A DNA stretch of 64,000 nucleotides from TPA_inf: Saccharomyces (Eukaryota), in assembly GCA_000146045.2 (NCBI GenBank), contig BK006936.2, forward strand, positions 672,001-736,000, given 5' to 3'. The notes under the pieces are model-generated. The model did no database searches, was not told the DNA's origin, and saw only the letters and a list, made by a program, of their open reading frames with translations. Position 1 is the first letter of the stretch. Every line of letters starts with the position of its first letter. Below are positions 25,303 through 36,149 of the stretch, in pieces. The position numbers and the translations under genes were made by a program.

Positions 25303-26079
25303 AGGATCAGATTTGCAAGATAGAAAAGCAATTAGAGTAAGAAATATCAAGCTAATCACACGTTTTTAAAACCTCGATCCAACTATAGAACGTACTGTAT
25401 TCAAGAAAAAAAACTGAGAGAAGAATGAAAGGAAAAGGGTTTCTATAGATATAACCAATGCGATATGTAACTTCAGTGCTGAACGACAAAGTTTCTTTAT
25501 TGCCTTATTTTGACTTTCTTCGAGATGTCCATGGCATAACTTGAGCAAGGTTGAAAAAATTTTCTTTTCTTTTTTTCTCCGAAAGAAACCCGTTTCTTTT
25601 GGTGCACACACAAAGCTCGTGCAGAGTGCTGTCCTCTGAGAAATTACCGCAGAATCAGAGGATCTATGAAATTGCCTCTCTTGTACGAGCAGTTCACTGC
25701 AGGCACTCGTCCCTTCACACGGAAAAACAATATGGGAAAAGTTGCCTGAAAGTTTAAGCTTTTTTACATATTATCAAGGCAAGAAAAGAAGAGAAATTTT
25801 TCGAGAAAATGAACAACGAAGCAAACAATATGAAGAGGACTGCTGCTATTTTTCCAGTTAGGTACCATGTGGCATGCTGTTTTTCCGCAGTTCGTTATGT
25901 AAGGTGGAAGGCGGTGGTGTGTGAGACATGCCCTGTGAGACATTGGAAACTCATGCGTACAGAAAGTGAAACTAGCTCAATTGGTTGAGTTTTTTGATGG
26001 TATACGCCTGATGTTTTTTTCGACAACAGGTGAGTGAAATAAAACGAAGAGCAAAAAAAGAAGAAGAAATTTAAGAAAA

Positions 26080-26097
26080 AAAAAAAAAAAAAGGGAA
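26080..26097. repeat. Poly(dA:dT) tract, about 17 A in a row
   Basis: Read directly in the YBR238C upstream / ERT1 downstream intergenic region; homopolymeric T or A runs of 13-15 nt also occur near 8341, 9995, 12841, 22608, 28177, 32437 and 51668. Confidence 0.8.
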
Positions 26098-26353
26098 GAA
26101 AAACGGAGCTACCCAATATCGGAAGATTCGTAAAGGCCGCCATATACACAATAGGGGCCCTTCGTTATATGTGCTCGAGCCTCTGGATATCGACCAGAAT
26201 GAGCAGACGCCTACGAAACTGGTCAAGGCTTCAAGTAAAATTGCTGGAATCTGTTAACACTTTTAAAAGAACACAGTTCTTGACTTACTTTTGGTCTATG
26301 CATAGGTATTATATAATACGAGGTAGTAAAATGAGAAAAAAAGAAAAAAAAAG

Positions 26354-27943
26354 TCAATTGAGTATGGGCATGAAGTTACCCAAGATCATGAGGGGCAAAC
26401 CAGAGACATCTCTTTTTAATGTCCACATACAGCAACAATGAATTATCTTGCCCTTGATGGGGCTTAAGAGCCTGCAAACTTTCATCTTCTCAGATCCTCT
26501 GAAGTCCCTATATGCAACTTTAGAGAGCGTTTTGAAGTAATCGCGTACACTTTCATCGTCCATGATCTCTACGATAAAAGTCATCTTGTTTAGTAGCTCC
26601 TCTCTTGTCCATCCGCATAGAATTTCAAATTCCTCGTTGACATAAGAAATTTGACCATTTCTTCGCCAAATACATGTCGGGGTACCGATTTGTGCAATAA
26701 ATTTTACATATTCTAATAGAGTTCTTTGGTAGCATTGCTCCATAAAAATCATGTCCTCCTCGGTTAAAGTTACAGAACACGCAATGAAAATGGGCCGGAA
26801 TTCGGCAATGGACCGACACATCTTCACCAGATCCTGCTGGTTGAATCGATGCTTTAGGTACACCAAAAGATGGTGGAATCCAGGTGTATGCGAAAAGGGG
26901 GCATTTATGGAGGTGTATATTTCCATTGGAGTAGAATAACGTAATGAATGTTCCCATTCTACATTGCTCTTGATGTTGGCAGCGTCTGGTGAACAGCTTT
27001 CCAGGGATACAGAGACCAAATGGTTTTTCCTCCGCTTTAAGGGGATAGCCAACTCGGGAAATGTTACCGTTTCGCTGTTCAAGTAATATTGGTTTATGCT
27101 TGAGTCCCAATTAATTTGGGAGCTCTTTTCAGATGGGTCCCGTGGCAATAATCTTTTAAAGTTTAAGGAATTATCAGCTGAATCAACGGGCACTAAGGGG
27201 AAATGGTTCGCGAAAAGATTAACTTGCGAAGCTACAATCTTGGCTGAATTTGGTCCCAGTAGAATAGAATAAACGTTTTGATTGGAAGATGGATACGGAT
27301 GTGGGGGTATGTTTGCTCGCTGTTCGCTGTACAACTGGCGAATTTTCTCCATTTCTGTTTCTTCAGGGCTTGTATTTGTGCCCGTAGGGCTATTGTTACT
27401 GCTATTGCCTATTGTGGAGTTGGATGTGGAATTGGTGTTGGAGTACAGGATGTCAATAGGGATCTTGTTAGACAATGTGTCTTGATAGATGATATTCGAC
27501 AGAATAGAGTACTCGGAATCTGCAGCATTCGATAGGAATTTAGCTTTGTGAACTATATGTTGTGGGCTGGTGAATTTTTGCTGTTCTCCCATGTTATTTA
27601 CGTTGAGGCTACTATTGCTGGAGTTGTTATAAATGGGTATCATGATCTTGCGGGGTGGAAGGTCCGGTTGTATGTTCATTGGGAGCTCTCTATTCGGTAT
27701 TCCAGCCAAGTACTTGCTTTTCTTTCTTGGAGCGTCAACGCATGTAGCCGTGAGGCCCTTGCTGATACATCGTAAGCATGGCCTTTTGGCCTCACATGAC
27801 ACATGCAATCTCGAACAGTTCACGCATGCCACGTTTGTGTTTTTTCTCTTTTTTCTCTTCTTTTTTTCGAGAGTATGATTTGTATTTGCAGATGTATCTG
27901 GGTCAGTTGATGTTTTGTAATCGTTTTCATCTGGAGTGCACAT
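26354..27943 (-). CDS. ERT1: Zn(II)2Cys6 transcription factor with PAS-like C-terminal domain (ethanol-regulated gluconeogenic regulator)
   Basis: Zn2Cys6 cluster [29 protein letters not shown] near the N-terminus. The track's start at 27946 is GTG; the adjacent ATG at 27943 gives 529 aa. Confidence 0.8.
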   Translation of the reverse strand: MCTPDENDYKTSTDPDTSANTNHTLEKKKRKKRKNTNVACVNCSRLHVSCEAKRPCLRCISKGLTATCVDAPRKKSKYLAGIPNRELPMNIQPDLPPRKIMIPIYNNSSNSSLNVNNMGEQQKFTSPQHIVHKAKFLSNAADSEYSILSNIIYQDTLSNKIPIDILYSNTNSTSNSTIGNSSNNSPTGTNTSPEETEMEKIRQLYSEQRANIPPHPYPSSNQNVYSILLGPNSAKIVASQVNLFANHFPLVPVDSADNSLNFKRLLPRDPSEKSSQINWDSSINQYYLNSETVTFPELAIPLKRRKNHLVSVSLESCSPDAANIKSNVEWEHSLRYSTPMEIYTSINAPFSHTPGFHHLLVYLKHRFNQQDLVKMCRSIAEFRPIFIACSVTLTEEDMIFMEQCYQRTLLEYVKFIAQIGTPTCIWRRNGQISYVNEEFEILCGWTREELLNKMTFIVEIMDDESVRDYFKTLSKVAYRDFRGSEKMKVCRLLSPIKGKIIHCCCMWTLKRDVSGLPLMILGNFMPILN

Positions 27944-28489
27944 CACGATGATTCATCAATGTATTTTATTTTTATACCTTCGTGTGTCTGTTGTACCCAA
28001 AAGAAATGATAAAAATAGCTCAAGAGTATCCTGACTTTATATAACTAGCAATTTTATCTAAGAGAGTAATGCCGTTGCACCGGCTCTTGTTTAGTTTTTT
28101 TATGTGGTTACTCTTTTACAATATACTAAAATTGCAACTCATTTGCTTTTTTCATTTCTTTTCCTTCAATTTTTTTTTTTTTTTAGTCTACGGCTAACAA
28201 AAAGCATAGGCTCAGAATGATAGATAGATATCCGATAAATGTCAGTAAAGACAAAGAAATCAGTAAAATAAACGTTTCACCCTGGCAGATAGGAAACCCT
28301 ATCTCCCAGTGATAAACTTTAATTTTTTTTCGTGCATATATATATATACATATATAATATAAAACAAAATATCATGAATTTCTATCTAAAGTAGTGGGAA
28401 AAAATATGTCGTTAAAAATGGGTATAATATCCAAGCAAAGCTTTTGGCTTTTTTTTTCTTGAAATGAGTGAAGGGAAGGCTCAATAAGC

Positions 28490-29842
28490 CTAGTCCTGCA
28501 TGGCATATACATCCTTGTAAAATTGTTGATTACACTTCAGTTGTAGCTGCCAGTACCGCAGTTGGGAACATGAAAGTGTGGTATCTTGACATGAGCAAAG
28601 TTGTTGCAATATTGTATCTTTCCAACTATTCACTAGGCGCTCCGTGACCAAGACATGTAACTCCGACGTAAGCTCGTCCTGGTAGGGATCCTCGAATAAG
28701 TCGGCATTCCCTAGCAATCCATTACAATGGTACAGGACGTCTAAATCTTGTGTATTGTTTATGATAAAGTTGACCAGCGGATACATCGAAAATCTCAATA
28801 GCTTTTGCTGGAGAAACCACACTCTTAGAAGCTTTGTCAAGTTGGGGCAGGTATATCCATGAATGATGACCAGCATTGTTATAGCTATGGATTGCCAATC
28901 GACACAACTCCAACGAGCGATGCACTCTTTGAACAGGCACGAGGCCATATTGATGTCCGGGTCGTCAATTATTTTCCCAAGGAAGCGTATGAATTCCGTG
29001 GTCAACGAGTTCCTCATCTTATTGATGAACCACGTCGTGTATTCTTGTCGGTTCAATATCATGTTCCCGTAGCAATTAAACCATAGGATCCCGAAAATTT
29101 TGCCTTGGATAATATCGATCAAAGAGGTGCTGTCTTCTGGCGGCGATGACAGCGCTGCAGTAGTGGTTTCCTCTGCTGACGACATCGAATGACCCGGCGA
29201 CGGCAGCTGATCTGTAAGAGCAGAGGTAACTGCAGCCGGATTGGCCCTGAAAACTGAGTAAGGCCCGTGTTTGGAGCAATTGAGGTTGACCACAGATATG
29301 TCGTTTTCCACCATATTAAGCAATTCGTCCAACTTCTTGTCTATGCGCTTTTGAGTATAATCTCTATTTGTCATGCTACCAAAGACAGAGGCCACAGCGT
29401 TATTGTATATCTTCAATCTCCGTACGCTTATGGTGAATGTATTATCGTTAGGAAGCGTAGTTTCCTTACTTGCCTCGTGCACGCTGTCTTCGCAGTCACT
29501 TGTCGGGGGTGATAGTTGTCTAAAATGGGTCATTTGTTTAAACCTTGATTTTGAGATTTTCTGGCACAATGGTTTCGATTTCGATTTGCGAGCCTGTAAT
29601 GAACTGATCAGTGAATGCTTGCGTACTTTGTAGATGTTCTCCTCTAACCACATAAGTCTGATATCGTAACTACAATTATCTCCATGTTTGGCACACAGTG
29701 AACAGATTGGTCTATTCTCGTCGCATCTGCGTTTCTTGAATCTGCATGCCCAGCACCCAGTAAATGTCCTCCCCTTGGTGGGGGGCACTTTGGAGGATGA
29801 CGCTACTTTCTTGCTTCTCTGCTGCCTCTTACTATTGACCAT
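28490..29842 (-). CDS. THI2: Zn(II)2Cys6 transcription activator of thiamine biosynthesis genes
   Basis: 450 aa. Zn2Cys6 cluster CWACRFKKRRCDENRPICSLCAKHGDNCSY. ATG at 29842-29840 on the minus strand. Confidence 0.8.
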   Translation of the reverse strand: MVNSKRQQRSKKVASSSKVPPTKGRTFTGCWACRFKKRRCDENRPICSLCAKHGDNCSYDIRLMWLEENIYKVRKHSLISSLQARKSKSKPLCQKISKSRFKQMTHFRQLSPPTSDCEDSVHEASKETTLPNDNTFTISVRRLKIYNNAVASVFGSMTNRDYTQKRIDKKLDELLNMVENDISVVNLNCSKHGPYSVFRANPAAVTSALTDQLPSPGHSMSSAEETTTAALSSPPEDSTSLIDIIQGKIFGILWFNCYGNMILNRQEYTTWFINKMRNSLTTEFIRFLGKIIDDPDINMASCLFKECIARWSCVDWQSIAITMLVIIHGYTCPNLTKLLRVWFLQQKLLRFSMYPLVNFIINNTQDLDVLYHCNGLLGNADLFEDPYQDELTSELHVLVTERLVNSWKDTILQQLCSCQDTTLSCSQLRYWQLQLKCNQQFYKDVYAMQD

Positions 29843-30001
29843 TTGGTTCTAGTGCGGATATATATATAGGCTATATATATACGTGGTGAAATGAAATGAA
29901 AACGCTTTTAAAGTGTGCAGAAATTGTTATAGCTCTAACCCGTAGTATTAGTTCCCCATATAATTCCGACCGAGAAAGGTGCACCCACTTGTCATACAAA
30001 T

Positions 30002-30006
<5 letters not shown>

Positions 30007-30050
<44 letters not shown>

Positions 30051-30051
30051 T
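30007..30051. repeat. (AT)n dinucleotide microsatellite: (AT)18 perfect, then an imperfect GTATATAT extension
   Basis: Read directly: catatatatatatatatatatatatatatatatatatatatgtatatat, in the THI2 / YBR241C intergenic region. Confidence 0.9.
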
Positions 30052-30588
30052 ATACCTGCAAGCAATTGCACGCGAGTACTCTGCGTGAGTCAAAAGACTG
30101 TGGTAAAATGGTACCCATCTGATGCAGGAATTCCGACTCTTTCAAGCTAAATGCCGTTTCATTTTGGCACGGATGCATTCGCAGATTGGTTGGAAATCCG
30201 CATACATCAAATGCGCCAAGAGGGCTGCCATTGTATATTCCTTTTCTCGGCAGTCCTGCCGGATGCATTTATGCCGCTAAGACGCAGAACCGAATATTGG
30301 GCTCAGGAAAATATGCAGATAGACGCTCGCCCGTGAGCGACTCATGACGCGCGTGTGCTATTTTGGCCCCGGCAGTACAAGCGGTAGTCATGGTTTCCGC
30401 CACACGGATCTCATACAACAGCAATCCATTTGGTTTGCCTAGTTCCGTACATATACATAGATACTAACTAAATGAGTGCATATACTCATGTAGCCGTTCG
30501 TTACTAGAAGAAGAAGAAAATAAAAAACAGATGAATAGCTAGAAAGAAGTAAAAAATAGTTGCTTAGGTATATATGACTGGCTACAGA

Positions 30589-32055
30589 TCAGTAGCCAGC
30601 CCAAACCTCGCTGTATGTAGTCTTGCCCTTTGTCTCGGGTACACGCTTGTACACATATGTAGCAAACATGGCAGCGATGGCGGCGAAGATCGCAAATACG
30701 TAGCCGCCCATGAGGCCGTGGCCTATCGGGAAGAGGTATCCGACGATGAAGGTGGCAAGCCAGTTGCACACAGTACCAAAACTTTGAGCTGTAGCGGCAT
30801 CCTGCGGGTAGGATAGCTCACCAATGATCAAGAAGGGGATGGGTCCCAGACCGATGGCGAATGCGGCAATATAGACAAAAGTGGCCGTGACCAGTAAAAA
30901 GGATACGCTCAAGGTGAGACCTACACTGATCAGCAGCGACATGGCGGTCATCACCGTAGTCGAGGCAAGCAATAATGGACGGCGCCCGACGTGGTCGATG
31001 ATCGCAGATGCTGCTAGAGTGACAACGACATTGAGGATGGAAATGGCAAAATTTACCTGAATCGAGTAGTCCGGTAGAATCTTGCCGATCACTTTTACAC
31101 CGTAGAAGATAATAGAGTTGATGCCGCAAAATTGCTGGCACGACAAGATGGCGAGTATAACTGTGCGCGGTTTCTTGTATGAGGGATCGGTAACATATTG
31201 CCATAGTGTGGGTCCTGAATGAGTCTCTTCGCTTGACTCCGGGTCGCGGTTGTGCCCATGGCTACGCTGCCAATCCTGAATTTCTTGCTTCGCTTGTTGG
31301 TACGTTCCTGGACGCAACTTGAACAGAGCAGTTTCAGCTTCCGAGACGAATCCGTGGCTCACCAGCCACCTTGGAGATTCGTCCACTTTGAGCCAAGCTA
31401 AAATATTCGCTACCGCAATCACGGATCCGGAAAAGAGAAGCCACCTCCAGTTATAGGAGTCTGCGTACTTGAGTGCCAAGGTTTGGGTCAGCAGGATACC
31501 TAGATTGATAGAAACCTGATTCATAGATCCCATAGCGCCTCTCCACTCCACGGGGGCAATCTCGTTGATAAATAAGGGTGTGATCACAATGGCGGTGCCG
31601 CAGGACATGCCTACCAGGAACCTGCCAAATAGCAACTGCAAGTAGGAGTTGGAAAAGAAAAGCAGCAGAGAAGAAACCATGCACATGGCCGAGGCGCCCA
31701 TGCTCACGTACTTTCTTCCGTATCGGTTGGCCCAGTTACCGGCGTAGTACGACCCAAACAGTCCGCCTATGCTGAATATAGACGTAATTGCGCCGTATTG
31801 AGAATCGGTTAACGCAATGCATTGCTTGAGTCCGTGTTGCCCAACCCAAGTGTCATCGTATGAGATGTTTTCGTCTGGTGCCTCAAATCTGGAGCACGAT
31901 AAGAATTCTTGAGGCGCATTCAACTCTGCGATGTGGTATCCGTACTGGATCGACCCCAAACAAGCAACTATCGTGCCCAAGATTAAATGGCCCGTAATTA
32001 ACGGTTTTGTTTCGCGGGAACCACCGTTAGGCATTAGTCTTTCAGTTTCAGCCAT
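30589..32055 (-). CDS. YBR241C: Major-facilitator sugar-porter-like membrane protein (vacuolar; VPS73 paralogue)
   Basis: 488 aa. 12 predicted TM segments and sugar-porter signature regions. ATG at 32055-32053 on the minus strand. Confidence 0.8.
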   Translation of the reverse strand: MAETERLMPNGGSRETKPLITGHLILGTIVACLGSIQYGYHIAELNAPQEFLSCSRFEAPDENISYDDTWVGQHGLKQCIALTDSQYGAITSIFSIGGLFGSYYAGNWANRYGRKYVSMGASAMCMVSSLLLFFSNSYLQLLFGRFLVGMSCGTAIVITPLFINEIAPVEWRGAMGSMNQVSINLGILLTQTLALKYADSYNWRWLLFSGSVIAVANILAWLKVDESPRWLVSHGFVSEAETALFKLRPGTYQQAKQEIQDWQRSHGHNRDPESSEETHSGPTLWQYVTDPSYKKPRTVILAILSCQQFCGINSIIFYGVKVIGKILPDYSIQVNFAISILNVVVTLAASAIIDHVGRRPLLLASTTVMTAMSLLISVGLTLSVSFLLVTATFVYIAAFAIGLGPIPFLIIGELSYPQDAATAQSFGTVCNWLATFIVGYLFPIGHGLMGGYVFAIFAAIAAMFATYVYKRVPETKGKTTYSEVWAGY

Positions 32056-32669
32056 GACTTAGTTTGTTATGCCTTAGTCTCTGTGTTTTGTTGTTGTTCC
32101 AAGAGAGAAAGATATTCAGCAACTTTTGTTCTCCTGTTATTCCCTTAATCAGGAAGCAACTTTAAGGGAAATCCATTTCATCCCTCACACTTCCCATCTT
32201 TTCTCGGACAACCTTACATTACGCCTACGACGTATGACTACACAAGCAAGTTCGTTTTACAGACCGCGTATCATTGCTCGTTACAGCTCTACCAAAAGTG
32301 TACCGAGCACTGTGCCCAGAAGCTAAGCTTTTTTCGCTAACATATATATATATTTAGGTAAATCATTTACACTTTTCGTCGATCTAAAAGCTCATCGCAT
32401 TTTTTCGGTCCTGATGTTAAAAATTTATTTCGTTTATTAAAAAAAAAAAAAACATTACTGAAACGTATAAAAGAAAAGTCTTAATCTATAAATATGGTTT
32501 TATCATAATTAGACTGTTTTACTCTGTCCATTGGTCATTATAAAGCCTGAAAATACCCACTGAATGGTTTTTTTCGCAGGAGCAAACCTTTTCCATTTCT
32601 AATAAACCTTCTGCACTATTTTTATTCTCATAAAAAACAATTGTCAAAGAAAGCCTACATAAAAAAAAT

Positions 32670-33386
32670 ATGACAGCAACGATCACAAATAAGAAATCAT
32701 GCTCTGGTTCTGTTGAGGCAGGAAAGACACGTTTAACAACTGAATGGAAGCCTGAAAGCCAAGTACCCCAATATGTTAAAAATGAGCTCTCTAAACCCCA
32801 TCCAAACTATATCCTGGCGTTTTTGAACGTGGTACAGCAATTAAAAATTCAGAGAAGAACCGGTTATCTTGACCTCGGTATTAAAGAATGTGAAAGCATA
32901 TCAGATCACATGTACAGATTGAGCATAATCACCATGCTGATCAAGGATTCGCGGGTTAACCGCGATAAATGTGTCCGGATCGCATTGGTGCACGATATCG
33001 CCGAATCTTTAGTTGGCGATATTACTCCAGTTGACCCTATTGGGAAGGAAGAAAAGCATCGTCGGGAATGGGAAACCATAAAATATCTATGTAATGCTCT
33101 GATCAAGCCATACAATGAGATCGCGGCAAAGGAAATTATGGACGATTGGTTGGCTTATGAAAATGTCACCTCATTGGAAGCTAGATACGTGAAAGATATC
33201 GATAAATATGAAATGCTTGTACAATGTTTTGAGTACGAGAGGGAATACAAAGGAACGAAAAACTTCGATGATTTCTTTGGGGCTGTAGCTAGCATAAAAA
33301 CAGACGAAGTAAAGGGCTGGACAAGTGACCTTGTCGTGCAGCGCCAAAAATACTTCGCCGATTTGACTCAATCGATAACTAAATAA
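32670..33386 (+). CDS. YBR242W: HD-domain phosphohydrolase (5'-deoxynucleotidase YfbR-like)
   Basis: 238 aa. HD motif (HMYRL..H..D; VHDIAESLVGDITP). Confidence 0.8.
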   Translation: MTATITNKKSCSGSVEAGKTRLTTEWKPESQVPQYVKNELSKPHPNYILAFLNVVQQLKIQRRTGYLDLGIKECESISDHMYRLSIITMLIKDSRVNRDKCVRIALVHDIAESLVGDITPVDPIGKEEKHRREWETIKYLCNALIKPYNEIAAKEIMDDWLAYENVTSLEARYVKDIDKYEMLVQCFEYEREYKGTKNFDDFFGAVASIKTDEVKGWTSDLVVQRQKYFADLTQSITK

Positions 33387-33446
33387 TTATCATAAATACC
33401 AACTTTTGCGTCATAAAAGTACAAAGTAACTACCAATACATAATCT

Positions 33447-34793
33447 TCAACGTACTGTCCATAGGTTGTCGTGGCCAAAGATGATAGCGCCTATAGCGTG
33501 TCTTCCAAGTAAAGCCAAAATTCCAATGCAGAATTGCAACTTCAAGATTGTATTGCACAATTTGTCTTCCCTCATAGGGCCAAACCATACTAATGTCAAG
33601 TTTATTAACGTCATATTAGAGGTGCTAATAATCTCATTATTTTCATCAAATTCCAGGTCAATCAAATGGAGACAGTATAGTAACTTCAAGATCGGTTTAA
33701 AAATGCTCTTTGGCGGTTCTTCTTTTAAGTTTGCTCTTGATGGATACATTAAACCGTCTTTTTCATTAAATTTAGGTAACCTATGTCTCGGGCAGGGGAC
33801 CAATTTGAATAGCTGAGGACATGAATAAATAAAATTAACGATTTGAGGAATGAATAGCAAAAGCATCGTCTTTGAAAAATGACCCAGTATACCAACGACT
33901 GCGAATACCATTCCAGCGAAATAACAATATGTATCTCCCACAAACACTGTGGCGGGCCAACGATTCCATTTCCATAGCGCCAAGGATACACCCAAAAATG
34001 GGATAATCAAAACAGCGGAAAACCTATGGGAGTCTCTTGTGGCTAATGGCCCCATCGAGAAGTACAGCAAATCGTTCAATAGCGCTAAGATGGCCAACAC
34101 TATACATTGGCCAACCTCTAAACCATTAACACCTGCCAGGATGTTGATGGAGTTGGGGCAAAAAATTGCCATCGATGCCATATAAACATAATACCACAGC
34201 CCCAAATCAACACTAGTCTTTTTCAACCAGCGTTCCATGAATCCGGGAATAAGTACATGCGTAACTCCAAAATCCACATAATAAACCATTAGCAGTGGGA
34301 TGGCTGCAATGGCAGGCAAGAAAAACTTATGTCTCCAACGTAAATCAAATAAATCATCAGCGATACCCAAGAGGACCGTACTTTCCAAGCATAGGATAGC
34401 GCTCAAATATTCAGATAGTTTATCATGAGGAAAAATATTAGAATTCATACCGTTATCTTCAACCACTGAGACATCGCGATGGCCCCCACCTGAAGTGGTT
34501 ATGACCATATACTTGTAGAAAATGAAGGGAATGTAAATGAACATTACAAATAAATAAACTGCAGCAGGGATAGCACCTATTGTTTCTGGAAGCACCGGAC
34601 GGCCAGGTTTACTCAAGTCCTTACCGAATAGGCCTATTTTGATGAAGGATTTGCCCACACGTGGAATCAACATATCTGTAGCTAAATAGCCTGCTATACC
34701 AAATCCCACGGCCGCAACAAGAGCAGATGGGCCCTGATTTTTGGAATAGTAGATTAAGCATGTGATAAGTGCCAGTGAAAAAAGTCGCAACAT
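33447..34793 (-). CDS. ALG7: UDP-GlcNAc:dolichyl-phosphate GlcNAc-1-phosphate transferase (tunicamycin target)
   Basis: 448 aa polytopic membrane protein with conserved GPT-family motifs (NLINGLDGLA-like region, VFVGDTYCYFAG). Confidence 0.9.
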   Translation of the reverse strand: MLRLFSLALITCLIYYSKNQGPSALVAAVGFGIAGYLATDMLIPRVGKSFIKIGLFGKDLSKPGRPVLPETIGAIPAAVYLFVMFIYIPFIFYKYMVITTSGGGHRDVSVVEDNGMNSNIFPHDKLSEYLSAILCLESTVLLGIADDLFDLRWRHKFFLPAIAAIPLLMVYYVDFGVTHVLIPGFMERWLKKTSVDLGLWYYVYMASMAIFCPNSINILAGVNGLEVGQCIVLAILALLNDLLYFSMGPLATRDSHRFSAVLIIPFLGVSLALWKWNRWPATVFVGDTYCYFAGMVFAVVGILGHFSKTMLLLFIPQIVNFIYSCPQLFKLVPCPRHRLPKFNEKDGLMYPSRANLKEEPPKSIFKPILKLLYCLHLIDLEFDENNEIISTSNMTLINLTLVWFGPMREDKLCNTILKLQFCIGILALLGRHAIGAIIFGHDNLWTVR

Positions 34794-35110
34794 ATAGTCT
34801 ACTTTTTGTTACCGTTCTCCGCCTTGCTCTACTTGATAAAGTTTTTATTTACATATTTCACAGTTATATACACATGTTAACAATTTAATTTTCGCGCTGT
34901 TTAGTAAAGCATTTTTCGAGATTGAGGCAATATAAAAGGAAAGGGCCATATACAGGAGATGAAGGAAACCTGTACTATTATTGTATTAAACACATGGTAG
35001 TAGCTAGAAAAAATTCATGCATCAACCTCTGTGTTTGTATTCGTAACATATAAATCCACAAGAAATTTTTTACTCATCATCCGCTAAAAAAAGGAAAATA
35101 CGGACGTTAC

Positions 35111-35117
35111 TTACTAA
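35111..35117 (+). promoter_or_regulatory. Yap1 response element TTACTAA about 410 bp upstream of GPX2
   Basis: Exact TTACTAA read at 35111-35117. GPX2 is a known Yap1-dependent oxidative-stress gene. Confidence 0.5.
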
Positions 35118-35267
35118 ATGTACGACGAACATGTACACAAATCTTGACTATTTTTGATAGATGCAGTCTCTTGAAATGACCAACGACTCAGTAGTGTTTT
35201 CCAAGCAATTTTACTTTCAACTGTTTAATATTTTTTAGAGGCTACTCGGCCGGCCATATCTAGACAA

Positions 35268-35274
35268 TTAGTAA
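35268..35274 (-). promoter_or_regulatory. Second Yap1 response element (TTAGTAA, reverse complement of TTACTAA) about 255 bp upstream of GPX2
   Basis: Exact heptamer read at 35268-35274. Confidence 0.5.
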
Positions 35275-35527
35275 TTCCGATGACAAAGAGTTTAAAACCA
35301 CAATATCTGCCACACATATCGTGAAAGGCATTAGTTCCATTGTCTCCGTATTAGTGCAAAGCCCCTAAGCCAGCCTGCTTTAAAAAATGTGCAGGTACTT
35401 TTGTTATTGTTTTGATATATAAAGAACTACTATTTGCTAATATGTGATGTAGCGCAGAGAACTTGCATTTCCCTGCATGGCTGACCTTGACAAGAATACA
35501 ATTAGCAACAAAAAGTAATAATTCAAA

Positions 35528-36016
35528 ATGACCACATCTTTTTATGATTTAGAATGCAAGGACAAGAAAGGCGAATCTTTTAAGTTTGACCAACTGAAAG
35601 GCAAAGTAGTTCTCATAGTTAATGTTGCCTCCAAGTGCGGCTTCACGCCGCAGTATAAAGAATTGGAAGAACTATACAAAAAATATCAAGATAAGGGGTT
35701 TGTTATTTTGGGGTTCCCATGTAATCAGTTCGGGAAGCAGGAACCGGGCTCTGATGAACAAATTACGGAATTTTGCCAGTTGAATTATGGCGTTACATTC
35801 CCAATTATGAAGAAGATTGATGTTAACGGAAGTAATGCTGACTCTGTCTATAATTATTTGAAAAGCCAAAAAGCAGGTTTACTAGGTTTCAAGGGTATCA
35901 AATGGAATTTTGAAAAGTTCTTAGTTGATTCCAATGGTAAGGTTGTCCAAAGATTTTCCTCCTTAACAAAACCATCGTCCTTGGACCAAGAAATCCAAAG
36001 CCTGTTAAGTAAATGA
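35528..36016 (+). CDS. GPX2: Phospholipid hydroperoxide glutathione peroxidase (thioredoxin-dependent)
   Basis: 162 aa. Catalytic VNVASKCGFT and FPCNQFG motifs. Confidence 0.9.
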   Translation: MTTSFYDLECKDKKGESFKFDQLKGKVVLIVNVASKCGFTPQYKELEELYKKYQDKGFVILGFPCNQFGKQEPGSDEQITEFCQLNYGVTFPIMKKIDVNGSNADSVYNYLKSQKAGLLGFKGIKWNFEKFLVDSNGKVVQRFSSLTKPSSLDQEIQSLLSK

Positions 36017-36149
36017 TATCTTTGTCTATAATCAAGCAATTATCCGGAACAATAAATAATACATTTATAGATTAGTATGATTATATATTTTTCTTCAGAA
36101 GCATGGTGTAGGATATATTAAAAAAAATCGAAATATAAAAAAAGAAGGT

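Noticed and set aside
25960-26030. tRNA-like looking stretch (gctcaattggttgagtttttt) in the YBR238C upstream region
   Set aside because: There is no GTTCGA/GTTCRA B-box followed by an acceptor stem, and no cloverleaf could be drawn. A scan of the whole window for GGTTCGA-type B-boxes found none outside coding sequence, so I call no tRNA genes here.
26625-27110. 161-aa minus-strand ORF in another frame within ERT1, and plus-strand ORFs 27278-27878 antisense to ERT1
   Set aside because: They are overlapping frames of a well-supported gene; the Cys/His-rich translations come from the codon bias of the sense frame.
30818-31204. 128-aa His/Arg/Cys-rich minus-strand ORF within YBR241C
   Set aside because: It is an alternate frame of the transporter gene, with no start context or conservation.
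32056-32669. Possible replication origin in the YBR241C / YBR242W divergent gap
   Set aside because: My recollection of an ARS near here is vague, and I could not find a convincing ACS match by eye.
36017-36149. Possible ARS consensus (TTTTATATTTC on the minus strand, a 10/11 match) in the GPX2 / ISW1 convergent gap
   Set aside because: A single near-match to an 11-bp AT-rich consensus is expected by chance in AT-rich intergenic DNA. I cannot assess B-elements or origin activity, so I did not call it.
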